Below are positions 46,762 to 56,279 of a stretch of 64,000 nucleotides of DNA, piece by piece. Each line of letters starts with the position of its first letter. Within the stretch, counting starts at the first letter, position 1. Made by a program: the position numbers and the translations under genes. Below the pieces are notes generated by a model. The model had not been told where the DNA came from and ran no database searches. It saw nothing but the letters and a program-made list of their open reading frames with translations. The stretch is from IMG/VR virus record IMGVR_UViG_3300034171_000062, positions 64,001 to 128,000 of that record; one strand, given 5' to 3'. This stretch comes from a virus. Its lineage: Duplodnaviria; Caudoviricetes.

Positions 46762-47168
46762 TCGTAGCAGGCTCCCGAACGGTTATAGACTACATGATCG
46801 TTCGAGAGATGCTGCTATCCTTCATGCGAGATCATCCAGACGTTAAAATCACATGGATCTCAGGACGGGCAGCGGAAGGCCCGGACGACATGGCGTATCA
46901 CTTTGCGAAGTGGGACGTGGAAAGCGACGTGATTGAAATGAAGGCGAAGTGGGATGAGAACGGTCGGGGGGCCGGCTTCATCCGCAACGCGGAGATGGCG
47001 GAGATCGGCGACGAGCTGATCTTGGCGTGGGACGGACGCTCACACGGGTCCAAACACATGCGAGACACCATGCGGAAACTGAGTAAAACCATTCATGCCC
47101 GCGTGGTGAATGTTGAAGATCAGGCTGGACAATTTGAGGTCTTTGACTTTACTAGAATCGCGACGTAA
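46740..47168 (+). CDS. SLOG-superfamily protein (DUF2493/YspA-like)
   Basis: RVIVAGSR, ISG.A.GPD, A.W...G..AGFIRN.EM, LAWDG.S.GS.HM. Confidence 0.82.
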   Translation: MERPLRVIVAGSRTVIDYMIVREMLLSFMRDHPDVKITWISGRAAEGPDDMAYHFAKWDVESDVIEMKAKWDENGRGAGFIRNAEMAEIGDELILAWDGRSHGSKHMRDTMRKLSKTIHARVVNVEDQAGQFEVFDFTRIAT

Positions 47169-47198
47169 ACCCTTCGGGGTTTGCGTCGTTTTATGCCG
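47160..47198 (+). terminator. Intrinsic terminator
   Basis: GCGACGTAAACCC-TTCG-GGGTTTGCGTCGT-TTTATGCCG. Confidence 0.85.
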
Positions 47199-47269
47199 CG
47201 GTGTCGATCGCTATCCTATGCGAATTTCCATACACATACTGCGCGCACGGCAACCTAGGGTAAAGTTAT

Positions 47270-48427
47270 ATGAGCGAATTATCGGAACTTAACATCAAAC
47301 GCAGTGAACTAAACACATCTATTGAAACCTACAAACAAGCGGTGGCGGATTTCAACGATGGGACGATTACTCAAGGCGCCCTAGACGACGCCCGCACAAA
47401 CACTCAAGTCGTAGGTGATGAATTTGCCAGACTTATGGCGCAGGTGAAGAAAGACGATCCTAACGTCACGAACGACGACCAGTTGTTTTCTAATCCATCG
47501 CTTATGAATGCACTGGTCCGGGATGACATAGCCACCATCATGACCACTGGACTATTCTTTGGTGGGGCCATGAAACTCCTGATCGATACGGAAGGGACAA
47601 CCGCAGGGGCGACCAACGTCGTTATCTCGTTTGATGCAGGGTCAGATGTCCGTATAGACTGGGGCGATGAGTCTAAGGTTCAAACGTATACTGGCGCCGC
47701 GTCTCACGACTACGCTTCGCCTGGGCAATACGAAGTCCAAGTCATCGGTACCGTGAACGGCTTCACCACAGCCAGTGTCGCCAATAGACAACAACTCAAA
47801 GACCTCAGTCAGTGGGGCACGGTGGAATTCGCTTCGGCAGAAAGCATGTTCCGGTACCGTACTGGGTTCACCGTTTCAGCAAGCGACCGTCCCACTTTCC
47901 TTCCAGAGTGTTCATGCGCACTCATGTTCTCGTCGGCAGCCGACTTCAACTCTCCCGTTGGCCACTGGGATATGAGCAATGTGGTCAATGTACGAGCAAT
48001 GTTTTCATCCGCTATCTTGTTCAACCAACCCCTGAACCCTTGGGACGTGAGCAATGTGACGAATATGGAATCTATGTTCCAAGGCGCCAGCACCTTCAAT
48101 CAGCCCTTGTTTAATTGGAATGTTTCGAAGGTAACGGATTTCTCATCCATGTTTTATAGTGCGGTACTATTCAATCAGGGATTGAACCCTTGGGACGTTA
48201 CTTCAGCGGTGGATATGTCGACCATGTTCTTCCGCGCCGGTGACTTCAATCAACCGTTGAATGCCTGGGATGTAAGTGGTGTCACGTTGATGTTTCGCAT
48301 GTTCTACAACGCCACATGGTTCAACCGGAACATCTCCAATTGGACCGTGAGTAATGTTACAGATACTAATAGTTTCAACGATTTTGCGTCTCAATCGAAC
48401 TTGGCCGCTGGTAATTCGCCGTTTTAA
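47270..48427 (+). CDS. PKD-domain + DUF285/BspA-like repeat protein, paralog C
   Basis: Shared module QVKKDDPNVTNDDQLFSNP..MNALVRDDIA; IDWGD; six FNxxxxxWxxS/T repeats. Confidence 0.85.
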   Translation: MSELSELNIKRSELNTSIETYKQAVADFNDGTITQGALDDARTNTQVVGDEFARLMAQVKKDDPNVTNDDQLFSNPSLMNALVRDDIATIMTTGLFFGGAMKLLIDTEGTTAGATNVVISFDAGSDVRIDWGDESKVQTYTGAASHDYASPGQYEVQVIGTVNGFTTASVANRQQLKDLSQWGTVEFASAESMFRYRTGFTVSASDRPTFLPECSCALMFSSAADFNSPVGHWDMSNVVNVRAMFSSAILFNQPLNPWDVSNVTNMESMFQGASTFNQPLFNWNVSKVTDFSSMFYSAVLFNQGLNPWDVTSAVDMSTMFFRAGDFNQPLNAWDVSGVTLMFRMFYNATWFNRNISNWTVSNVTDTNSFNDFASQSNLAAGNSPF

Positions 48428-48457
48428 CGCACGATGATTAGACGCACCGGACGCCAG

Positions 48458-48485
48458 GGAGACCTTCGGGTCTCCTTTTATTCCG
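48458..48485 (+). terminator. Intrinsic terminator
   Basis: GGAGACC-TTCG-GGTCTCC-TTTTATTCCG, matching the 1081-1109 element. Confidence 0.85.
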
Positions 48486-48536
48486 TAACGACACTGACCA
48501 ATAAGGTGAGACAACCCCACATTCTTGGAGAGCACT

Positions 48537-49205
48537 ATGAATCCTGCGCGTAAAGAGGCGACCGACTACGCCCTTAAGTTGCTCAGTAAATTTGCCGGGA
48601 AGAACTCCTCAGTTACCGAATTGGAGAACATGCTCAACGGATTGACCGACGAGCAGTTCGACAACTACATGCAAAAGATGATTGAGGACGACGAGGTGTT
48701 GCCGTACATCGTTCCAAACCTGGGCGACATCCGATTGAGTGTTGAAAAGAACTTGAAGATCGCCGAAGAACTCAAGCATGAGTTTTTTGAGCGGTTGTGG
48801 TTAACCGATCCGGCGACTAACGAAACCTATCTGACCCCAGAGAAATATTTGGTCATCGACCTACCGCTGAAGCGATTGCAGCAACACTTGCACAAGAAGA
48901 TCGCCATCCCAGACGACAACGCCCACGTCGATGAATTGACTGGGCAACCAACAGGCGTCTCCAAGGGCAGTGCGATCTCCTTCCCGGAGTTGCAGATACT
49001 GTATTCTCAAAATCTTGAGTCGACCATTAAAGAACTCTTTAAGTTCCGAGGGGGGGACGAAGAAGCGTATAAGGCCCTCAGTCGAGAAATCTTGGCTGGC
49101 GGTCTACCGAGCATGGACGCTGTGGATACCGGCGACACCCGAGCTCGGTCTACGGACGTGCTTCAGATCTTACTGAAGTCTGCCCATTTAGACAACAACT
49201 TATAA
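48537..49205 (+). CDS. Virion RNA polymerase beta subunit, C-terminal part (phiKZ gp149-like)
   Basis: QQHLHKK..D.LTGQP.G.SKGS.ISFPE..L..RGGD parallels the RpoB C-terminus (L.H...K, TQQP.GG, GEME, KSDD); ends HLDNNL. Confidence 0.82.
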   Translation: MNPARKEATDYALKLLSKFAGKNSSVTELENMLNGLTDEQFDNYMQKMIEDDEVLPYIVPNLGDIRLSVEKNLKIAEELKHEFFERLWLTDPATNETYLTPEKYLVIDLPLKRLQQHLHKKIAIPDDNAHVDELTGQPTGVSKGSAISFPELQILYSQNLESTIKELFKFRGGDEEAYKALSREILAGGLPSMDAVDTGDTRARSTDVLQILLKSAHLDNNL

Positions 49206-49218
49206 TAGGAACTAGGCG

Positions 49219-49770
49219 ATGCTTAACATAGACAGAATACACCACATCAAAGACGTAGCCCGAGTTTTGTTTTGTGACACCCAGTTAATTTCAACGCCCA
49301 CTGGGAATCAAGGCGCCTACTCGTTCGCGGTGCAGAATGAGCAGTTGGTGGAAAAGATCATGAGTACGCTGGGCGACAGCGGACTTCTGTACATAGCTAC
49401 CTGGGAGAACATGACGGAACTTTGGGCCGACATTCGAGCATTGGACGATTATGGTCTTGCTCAATGGCTGTTGCAGTCTGCCTCAACGTTTCGTGTCTTA
49501 GGGTTTGAGAGTCAAGACGAATACGTTAAGTGGATTGAACAGCTGAGTATTGGGTACTGTGGACACGTCGAATCCAGTGGTGCCGATGTGGAACGCTCAT
49601 TGGCTCTAGACGATGAATACGCCGACCGACTGCCCCGAATGGAAGAGTATAGAAACCTGCTGCGTTGTAACCCTTGGTTCGTTTACTTGCTCAGTCTTCA
49701 ATTGAGTTACCACGAGATCTATCGGGAACTCATTGGGTCGGAATACGAGATCAGTAACATCAAACGGTAA
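49219..49770 (+). CDS. Hypothetical protein
   Basis: 183-aa ORF; AGGA RBS. Confidence 0.72.
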   Translation: MLNIDRIHHIKDVARVLFCDTQLISTPTGNQGAYSFAVQNEQLVEKIMSTLGDSGLLYIATWENMTELWADIRALDDYGLAQWLLQSASTFRVLGFESQDEYVKWIEQLSIGYCGHVESSGADVERSLALDDEYADRLPRMEEYRNLLRCNPWFVYLLSLQLSYHEIYRELIGSEYEISNIKR

Positions 49771-49814
49771 ACAGACACCTTACCACTCACCTTCCGACAC
49801 ATGGACCTTGCGAT

Positions 49815-50528
49815 ATGAAACGTCGTATCTATGTAGAACTGGATGGGTTGCTTGACACGCGTCTGGGAACCTTAATCCTACTGAACGAAGCCGAGGCTCA
49901 ACGGGCCTTGGAACTGAACTACCACGACCGGAAGACGGACGATTGGATGGCGATGGGCATTGAGATTGCTCAACCGAAGTACCTGGACCGCTACCTCAAT
50001 CGAGATGAGACCACCCTCATGACCTCTCGATGTACGGGACTGATCCCCATGATTCACCGTATGACCCACGGGTTGGAAGAGATGGGGACTAAGACGCCGT
50101 TTGTTAAAGAGATAGTGGTGGACGTTAACTTTTGGCCCTACCGTCTCAGCGACGACGTGCGGTCGGAGATACTGGCGGCGGTCCGCACCATGGTCAGTCC
50201 TACGGTGTTGGTGGCCGACGTGTGGTTCTCACCGGAAGAGATGACACCTGGTCTCATCGATCGATCTTGGGATGGGGTGATGATGTACGACTTCAATACC
50301 TGGCTGGTGAAACAGGAGGAGCGTCTGAAAACGACTCAGATCCCAACGATCCCATTCATTGTTCCAGCGCTGTACGCCAATGCAGTACCCACTCCTGAAG
50401 AGACGGTGGTTGAGGATCTAGGGGAAGTCGATCCCTTCGCCGCCTTGGAGATGGTGTTGGCGGAATACGTGATGTTACACATGGTTGAACCCAAGTTCTT
50501 CAGTCTGGTTGATTTGAATGCAGCATAA
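49815..50528 (+). CDS. Hypothetical phiKZ-like protein (HAD-like N-terminus)
   Basis: IYVELDGLLDTRLGT N-terminal motif; VNFWPY.L. Confidence 0.68.
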   Translation: MKRRIYVELDGLLDTRLGTLILLNEAEAQRALELNYHDRKTDDWMAMGIEIAQPKYLDRYLNRDETTLMTSRCTGLIPMIHRMTHGLEEMGTKTPFVKEIVVDVNFWPYRLSDDVRSEILAAVRTMVSPTVLVADVWFSPEEMTPGLIDRSWDGVMMYDFNTWLVKQEERLKTTQIPTIPFIVPALYANAVPTPEETVVEDLGEVDPFAALEMVLAEYVMLHMVEPKFFSLVDLNAA

Positions 50529-50559
50529 GGGGAGGGGCATTGCCCCTCCCTCTATGTCC
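50521..50559. terminator. Bidirectional hairpin terminator
   Basis: GGGAGGGGCA-T-TGCCCCTCCC between convergent genes; flanks read TTATGCTG (minus) and CTATGTCC (plus). Confidence 0.7.
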
Positions 50560-50599
50560 ATTGCTGTAACGTCTTACAGGGTACGTCGATCTTATAGTA

Positions 50600-51064
50600 C
50601 TATTTTGTTTCCATGCGTTCGAGGAAGTCTTTCGACGATTCTTGACGCAAACCAATCTCGGTTTCCCCGTCTTCCATGTCAATGTCTGGAATGTCTCGGG
50701 TGTCTGGTAGAGGCAAGCGATCGACTTCGTAACCTGGTGCAACGGCCAACCCTCGTGGGTTAATGCTGAACATGCGCTCAACGATCTCTTGCACGGCTTT
50801 GCCGCTGGCTGCTGCGTCTTTATCTACATCGAGCTTCATGCGATTCACGGACGTTTGATCCATGTCTCTCAAAGCTTGTAGTAGTTGCATGCGTTCGTCT
50901 TTGTCAACCGGCATGCCCCGGTGGGTCACGTCTTTAACAAAGTTCTTACGGATGCCTTGAGAATACCGAAGAAGACCTTCAGCACTCAGGTCCTCGTCTT
51001 CCTCAATCAGATCCCCTGGGGGGCGCTGCTCAAGGTATTCACCTTCGATGGCGTCATCACTCAT
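50600..51064 (-). CDS. Hypothetical acidic protein
   Basis: GGAGG RBS; 154 aa. Confidence 0.72.
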   Translation of the reverse strand: MSDDAIEGEYLEQRPPGDLIEEDEDLSAEGLLRYSQGIRKNFVKDVTHRGMPVDKDERMQLLQALRDMDQTSVNRMKLDVDKDAAASGKAVQEIVERMFSINPRGLAVAPGYEVDRLPLPDTRDIPDIDMEDGETEIGLRQESSKDFLERMETK

Positions 51065-51139
51065 AGGTGACCTCCAAATAGTTTCAAGAATATATCATCC
51101 AGGTATAGCTTCTGGGATTAGTCCAATGGATTAGAACTA

Positions 51140-51682
51140 ATGTTGAAAGAATTCTATTGCCGACATCGCTATAAACGGTTGCTAGTATTCGACTTCGATC
51201 CGACCATCGGATACCTACAGTTGTTCGAGCGCTACCACCGCTTGTGCCGTATAGTGTCATTTAATAAGGCAGACTACCGCACTCGTATACGGTATTCAGT
51301 CTCCACCAAATGCGATCATTTAGGAGTACTCTTCGATTTATTAACCACCACAAAACAACACATAGAGGCAGGGTCGATTGATCTTGACTCCATTGACGTA
51401 CGTCGCGTAGGACGGGTTAAACGCCCGTTAGACGCTTGGCTGGTCAATGTCGATAAAGTACCTTACAGAGAAGACGAGGCCGCCGCTCAACTGCTCGCGA
51501 TGACGGATATCATCGTACAGTTATTGCAGGCACTAAAAACAAAGAACCCCGCCCTGTACGCGTACTATAATCAAAACATGCAATTTGTCCTCTACGACGT
51601 TGTCGAGGTGTTGGACGCTTTGCTTGCGATGCAACTGTCAGTTAACCGGGTGTTTGATATAAAAAAACCGATAGGTACCTGA
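51140..51682 (+). CDS. Hypothetical protein
   Basis: 180-aa ORF; a TATATCAT motif lies upstream at about 51091. Confidence 0.68.
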   Translation: MLKEFYCRHRYKRLLVFDFDPTIGYLQLFERYHRLCRIVSFNKADYRTRIRYSVSTKCDHLGVLFDLLTTTKQHIEAGSIDLDSIDVRRVGRVKRPLDAWLVNVDKVPYREDEAAAQLLAMTDIIVQLLQALKTKNPALYAYYNQNMQFVLYDVVEVLDALLAMQLSVNRVFDIKKPIGT

Positions 51683-51705
51683 CCCTGAACCTTTAGGAGT
51701 TAACG

Positions 51706-52398
51706 ATGTCGGAGGAGATACATGAGATCCTCTCACTGGATGACCGCGGGATATCGAGCGCCAGCGACGCCCCGTCCAAGTTATTCAGAAGCATCCTGTT
51801 CGATCTACAGATCAATCGGATGACGTGGGATCGTTTGATGCGCGATTTCTTAACCAACCCTCGCAGCGGCGTGGACAACACACCTACCAAACGTTCGTCT
51901 GAACGCAGTAACCTGAACCGTGCCTTAGCTCGTGAACGCGTAACTTGGAAGATGTTTCGAAAAGCGTTGCAGGTCATGAACCCCAAAGTCGTTTCCTATG
52001 AGTTGGAGTTGTCGTGGCAGAAAGATTATATCTTTCCGAACAAAACGCCCAATACTCTGAACTACAGTCCCATGGCTCGAGAGAACGAACTGGCTCAGAT
52101 GTTTCGCATGTTACTGCGAGACGTTGGGGTCAGTCCAGAGATCTGGCAGCGGCTGGTTGAACGGTACTTGGATTCCACCAACATCAAACTGCGTGAGAAC
52201 CCACCGGATCGTTCTACCTATCGGGGCAACCTGCGAAAAGCCTTGATCGAAAAACGCGAGTACACGTGGCCGACGTTCTGTAAAGGGCTGGGAATTCTAG
52301 GTGTGAAGGAAGCGACTATGACCGTGGCTTTAGAATGGCCGCGCAAAACCACACGCCACAGTCACCATTTTAAAACCGGAATTGGAACTAAAGAATGA
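51706..52398 (+). CDS. Hypothetical protein with an internal domain duplication
   Basis: Two copies of L/MFR..L.D......W.RL...(F/Y)L......S..R.NL..AL.....TW..F.K.L; AGGAG RBS. Confidence 0.75.
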   Translation: MSEEIHEILSLDDRGISSASDAPSKLFRSILFDLQINRMTWDRLMRDFLTNPRSGVDNTPTKRSSERSNLNRALARERVTWKMFRKALQVMNPKVVSYELELSWQKDYIFPNKTPNTLNYSPMARENELAQMFRMLLRDVGVSPEIWQRLVERYLDSTNIKLRENPPDRSTYRGNLRKALIEKREYTWPTFCKGLGILGVKEATMTVALEWPRKTTRHSHHFKTGIGTKE

Positions 52399-52853
52399 CT
52401 CAGATAGACCACTTGCAGGATGGGGTCTCGCACATCAACGTGGCCCCCAGCGGGAAGACCGAACTTGGTCGGCTTCTTTATATCGGTGCTCTTCGACCGT
52501 TCGTTGATTCGCAGCATGGCTACTTTGCCAGCGTCGTGGCCTTCTGGGTCTGGTACGACAGCGGTCAAAACGATTCGTTGCGAGAGATCCATCACGACAA
52601 CATGATCCGATCCAGCTTCAGCGGATTACCGGATCGCCCAGGTAACCGAAGCGAAGTCATTGAAGTGCTTCGTCGCAGTATTGACCAAGACGTAAAGGTA
52701 CGAGAGCTGCTCGTATCCTCGACGTTACCGTTCGTGGCGTATGAGACGATAAGTTACGGCCACCGGTCTACCCCCGTTAATTATGAGTTGACGGATCGAC
52801 GTTGGTACGTGGACGCACTTGAGTCTATTCGACAGCAATTGTTGTCAGCGTGA
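52395..52853 (+). CDS. Hypothetical phiKZ-like protein
   Basis: DGVSHINV...GKTELGRLL...GYFASV..FW...S.LPF..Y; ATGA overlap. Confidence 0.72.
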   Translation: MTQIDHLQDGVSHINVAPSGKTELGRLLYIGALRPFVDSQHGYFASVVAFWVWYDSGQNDSLREIHHDNMIRSSFSGLPDRPGNRSEVIEVLRRSIDQDVKVRELLVSSTLPFVAYETISYGHRSTPVNYELTDRRWYVDALESIRQQLLSA

Positions 52854-52858
52854 GGTCT

Positions 52859-52886
52859 AGGGGAGGCTTCGGCCTCCCTTATGCCG
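52859..52886 (+). terminator. Hairpin terminator
   Basis: GGGAGGC-TTCG-GCCTCCC-TTATGCCG. Confidence 0.8.
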
Positions 52887-52953
52887 CCGCTATTTTATGA
52901 GACACATTATTTTTTGTCCAACCGCAAGCTGGATGTAATCAACGAGGTGAGCT

Positions 52954-54207
52954 ATGATTCGGGTTAACAGTCAAGGCGCCCGGGCACTGGGTACGGGTAA
53001 GAACGTCAGTGGGGCGGCAAGTACGTTTGTCAGTGAAGGACCGAAAGACAAACTGGCTGCTGTGGACGCGTATCAGGGTCCCTTACCGAGCGACGCGCCG
53101 TACAATCCATCGTCGGGAGAATGTAGAGACTGCACAGCGACTGAAGAAGCGTCCTCAGGCCGCGTTGGTGGCGGTAACGAGAACGTTACTAGCGATGGTA
53201 TCACTTCTAGACTAAATGCCTCTGGTGGCACCTCAGACCGGGTAACGGCGACCCTCTGGGAAGCGTTGCTTTGTGGCAGTTTAGATCCCAACGCCGAATC
53301 GGGTGGTGTCAGACGTTCGCGCATGGGGCGTACTGCGCTTTGGATGCGATCGACTGGCTGTGGGGCGGAAGATCTGGTGGACTTGTTGGCGGTCCGCGGT
53401 GGGCGCGCGGGTATTGATCGAGTCGAATTGAAACGTCGAATGGACGCGGCCTTGGATAACTCCATCGCTGTCTTAGACGAAGAAGAGCGCGACAACCTGA
53501 TCGACATGCTTGCAGAAACCACGGGCAGCGACGCGGACGTAATTCGTGCGTCTATGAACGCGGGCGAGTCGGTAACCGAGATCTCAGGAGACCGCCAAAC
53601 TGAGGTTCGGAGTTTCTCCGAGTTCGTCAGTCAATACACTGGGGTACCAGAACTGATCCAGGTCTTTGACTTGGGGGCCGAGACTGCGATCCTAGATTCT
53701 TTGTTAAGTAAATCTATCGATTTGGGTCTTCCGCAAGCCTGGCAAGCGATCATAGACCAGATCGACGACGATAAGATCAAGACCACACGGGCACTGAGGA
53801 GTTTGCGGCAAGCGGCGATACTCAGCGACCTTACGACGGTGCGCAGCATCGTTGACCGCGCCGGCGCGTCCCGGTCGTTAGCAGAAGTGCCGGAGCTGGT
53901 GCCACTCATCAATCGGTTTTACACTTGGGGGTCGAAAACACCGACCAGCGAGTACGGCAAGAAGCGGGATGAACTGATCTCCACTCTGGACAGCATCAAT
54001 CCGAATTGGGCCAGAAAGCGCCGCGGGGACGATTGGGTCGACGATCTGGAACCGTTCAACAGTGCCAGTGGTCAAGCATTGACTTTGTTAAAGCAGTCGG
54101 ACTACGCCGTGCAAGCAATGATCGCCCAACCTTACCCTAAAAGCAATTACCAAACCGTGGCTCGAAAGTACAACCCGTGGGCCATTGATTTCTCCACAAC
54201 GGCATAA
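52954..54207 (+). CDS. Putative virion structural protein
   Basis: 417 aa; GAGGTG RBS; GP.D.LAAVDAY N-motif; structural neighbourhood. Confidence 0.62.
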   Translation: MIRVNSQGARALGTGKNVSGAASTFVSEGPKDKLAAVDAYQGPLPSDAPYNPSSGECRDCTATEEASSGRVGGGNENVTSDGITSRLNASGGTSDRVTATLWEALLCGSLDPNAESGGVRRSRMGRTALWMRSTGCGAEDLVDLLAVRGGRAGIDRVELKRRMDAALDNSIAVLDEEERDNLIDMLAETTGSDADVIRASMNAGESVTEISGDRQTEVRSFSEFVSQYTGVPELIQVFDLGAETAILDSLLSKSIDLGLPQAWQAIIDQIDDDKIKTTRALRSLRQAAILSDLTTVRSIVDRAGASRSLAEVPELVPLINRFYTWGSKTPTSEYGKKRDELISTLDSINPNWARKRRGDDWVDDLEPFNSASGQALTLLKQSDYAVQAMIAQPYPKSNYQTVARKYNPWAIDFSTTA

Positions 54208-54247
54208 GAGAGAGAGGGGCAGTGCCCCTCTCTCTTACTTTTTTTTT
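54200..54247. terminator. Bidirectional terminator
   Basis: TAAGAGAGAGAGGGGC-AGT-GCCCCTCTCTCTTA followed by a T9 tract on the plus strand; TTATGCCG on the minus strand. Confidence 0.85.
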
Positions 54248-54256
54248 GCCTTTGGA

Positions 54257-56227
54257 TTATCGAGACGTCTCACGGGCGAATGCACTAATGACCTGACCAG
54301 GCATGGTGTTTGCTGCCCACATGCCATACTTCGCGGGGCTAGTCCAGGACTTCCACTCCGCCATCTTCCTAGTCATCGACAACCTTAACCGTGAGCCTAC
54401 GTACAACTGATCCGACAACGACAAGCTACCCAACACGGCCAAGTAGTCCCCGTAAGCAGTGTCTTCGTCGAAGATTCCAGGCGATGCGTTGAGCGGCATG
54501 TGTAGGATACTGGAGAGATCCATCACACTGAACGTAACGTCGATGCCTAGAGGTTCTTGATTGCGGGTCCAACCGAGGTTACCGACCCCACGAGTGATCT
54601 GCAACGAATCGATGATCCCTAAGCGAACCTGCTGACGACCTTTATCGTAAATCTCCACCAAGAACGGCGAGTCATACGAATGTTTGCCTACCGACTTCGG
54701 TAAGGCACCGGCCAGAATCATACTCAAGGGAACGTATAGATTCATGTACCGAGACATCTTGTTACCGTACGGACTGCGCAGGTGCATGGTGTACGTGGAT
54801 TTAGGTAGTTCGGCACTAGAGTCCTTCCATTCCTGAGGGATGTCGACAAACGCATTGCCCATCAAGGCACCCAATCCACTGATCGACAGAGACTCCGCCG
54901 CCCCCTCGGCAAACGCCTTGGCGGAATTCAATACTCCACCGACCAGATCGCCTACAACACCGCCCCCAAGATTCCCGTTGGCGAAACTAAACCGGGCAGC
55001 ACGGGCGCCGGATGAGACACCGTTCAACTTTCCAGCCAACTGAGATTCACCGGCTGAGTTACTGAACGATTCACCCACGTCGCCTGTGTGGTTGACTCGG
55101 AACGTCGCAAACTGACCACCGTCTCGAATCTCTGCAATGGCAAAGTCAACAAAGCTAGACCACCAGCCACCTTCGGCGTTGTTAGACTCCTCGTCGAATA
55201 CCCCTTTCTCCATCCCAGACTCAGAGTCACCTTTTGGAGGCGTGGCCAGTTCCTGATTCGCCCAATGAGCTAAGTAGGTTTGAATGCCTGGCTGTAGGGA
55301 CTTTCCTGGTACATTGGGAAAGGCGGACCCTGGGGTACTCACCGACTCTTCGGTGTAATCGACCATAGCTTGACGCAATTCTTCTGCTGTCCCGGCCGCC
55401 TCCGCTACGGCAATGGCTCGTTCCCGGGCTCTGTCGGCCAGACGTTGTCCTCGGTTGGCCACGGCGTAGATGTCGATGCCTCCGTCTTCTCGGAAGATGT
55501 CTGGGAGCATGTCGTGATACCGACGAATGTCTTCAGGTCCGTACTCTGGACTGTCGTTGACGATCTCACCGGCGTTGTACACCTTCGCTTTCTCACCGTC
55601 CTTCACTTCGGGTCGTTCGGGATCGGATTGGTTTGCGTTGGTCGCGAACACTCGAGGTATGATGCCCATGTTCACCGCGATGCCGTTGGCGATGGTGTTG
55701 ACGGCGTTCCAATACAGCGGCATCGTCGGTTTCATGTAATAGAACTTGCTGGATGGCTTACGAGCCAAGTACCGATAGATTCGCCCCGCCATCAATAGCG
55801 GCATCATCGGTAAGGTCACGACAAACCCAGCCGTGCGACCTAGGTTGTAGAAGAACCCGGGAGAACGACCCGTGCGAGACAAGATAGACGCACTGGAGTC
55901 GTAGAAGCCGGTGAAGAATGAGGTCAGTGAGTTAAACTGAGGTACGCCGAAGCGCATGTGAATAAGTTGACCGTTGTCGTCGATCATTTCGCTGTACTTA
56001 CGTCCCATACCTTTTGACTGGGCATATTTACCTCGGACTTTAAGGTCCGCGGTGCTGGTAAATTGGGGGGGTGGATTAATGGCAAAGTTGCCACCTAACG
56101 TGGTGTCGGTAAACTTACGTGCCGCGCTGGTTAGCTGACCGCGCTGCGCTGCTAGTAGATCCGCCGCGTGAGTTGGGATCATGAAACTGGTCTTGACCCA
56201 CTGTCGGTCTTCGTTGATCTCTGCCAT
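54257..56227 (-). CDS. Putative baseplate/tail virion protein (directly downstream of the gp181-like gene)
   Basis: KFTDTTLGGNFAINPPPQF, RFGVPQFNSL, SYDSPFL, ITRG.GNLGW; phiKZ-like synteny. Confidence 0.72.
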   Translation of the reverse strand: MAEINEDRQWVKTSFMIPTHAADLLAAQRGQLTSAARKFTDTTLGGNFAINPPPQFTSTADLKVRGKYAQSKGMGRKYSEMIDDNGQLIHMRFGVPQFNSLTSFFTGFYDSSASILSRTGRSPGFFYNLGRTAGFVVTLPMMPLLMAGRIYRYLARKPSSKFYYMKPTMPLYWNAVNTIANGIAVNMGIIPRVFATNANQSDPERPEVKDGEKAKVYNAGEIVNDSPEYGPEDIRRYHDMLPDIFREDGGIDIYAVANRGQRLADRARERAIAVAEAAGTAEELRQAMVDYTEESVSTPGSAFPNVPGKSLQPGIQTYLAHWANQELATPPKGDSESGMEKGVFDEESNNAEGGWWSSFVDFAIAEIRDGGQFATFRVNHTGDVGESFSNSAGESQLAGKLNGVSSGARAARFSFANGNLGGGVVGDLVGGVLNSAKAFAEGAAESLSISGLGALMGNAFVDIPQEWKDSSAELPKSTYTMHLRSPYGNKMSRYMNLYVPLSMILAGALPKSVGKHSYDSPFLVEIYDKGRQQVRLGIIDSLQITRGVGNLGWTRNQEPLGIDVTFSVMDLSSILHMPLNASPGIFDEDTAYGDYLAVLGSLSLSDQLYVGSRLRLSMTRKMAEWKSWTSPAKYGMWAANTMPGQVISAFARETSR

Positions 56228-56243
56228 GCTTTACTCCCGATGG

Positions 56244-56272
56244 AAAAAAGGCTGTGGGCCCGAAGACCCACA
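56244..56272 (-). terminator. Intrinsic terminator
   Basis: Minus strand TGTGGGTC-TTCG-GGCCCACA-GCC-TTTTTT. Confidence 0.7.
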
Positions 56273-56279
56273 ACTTCGC

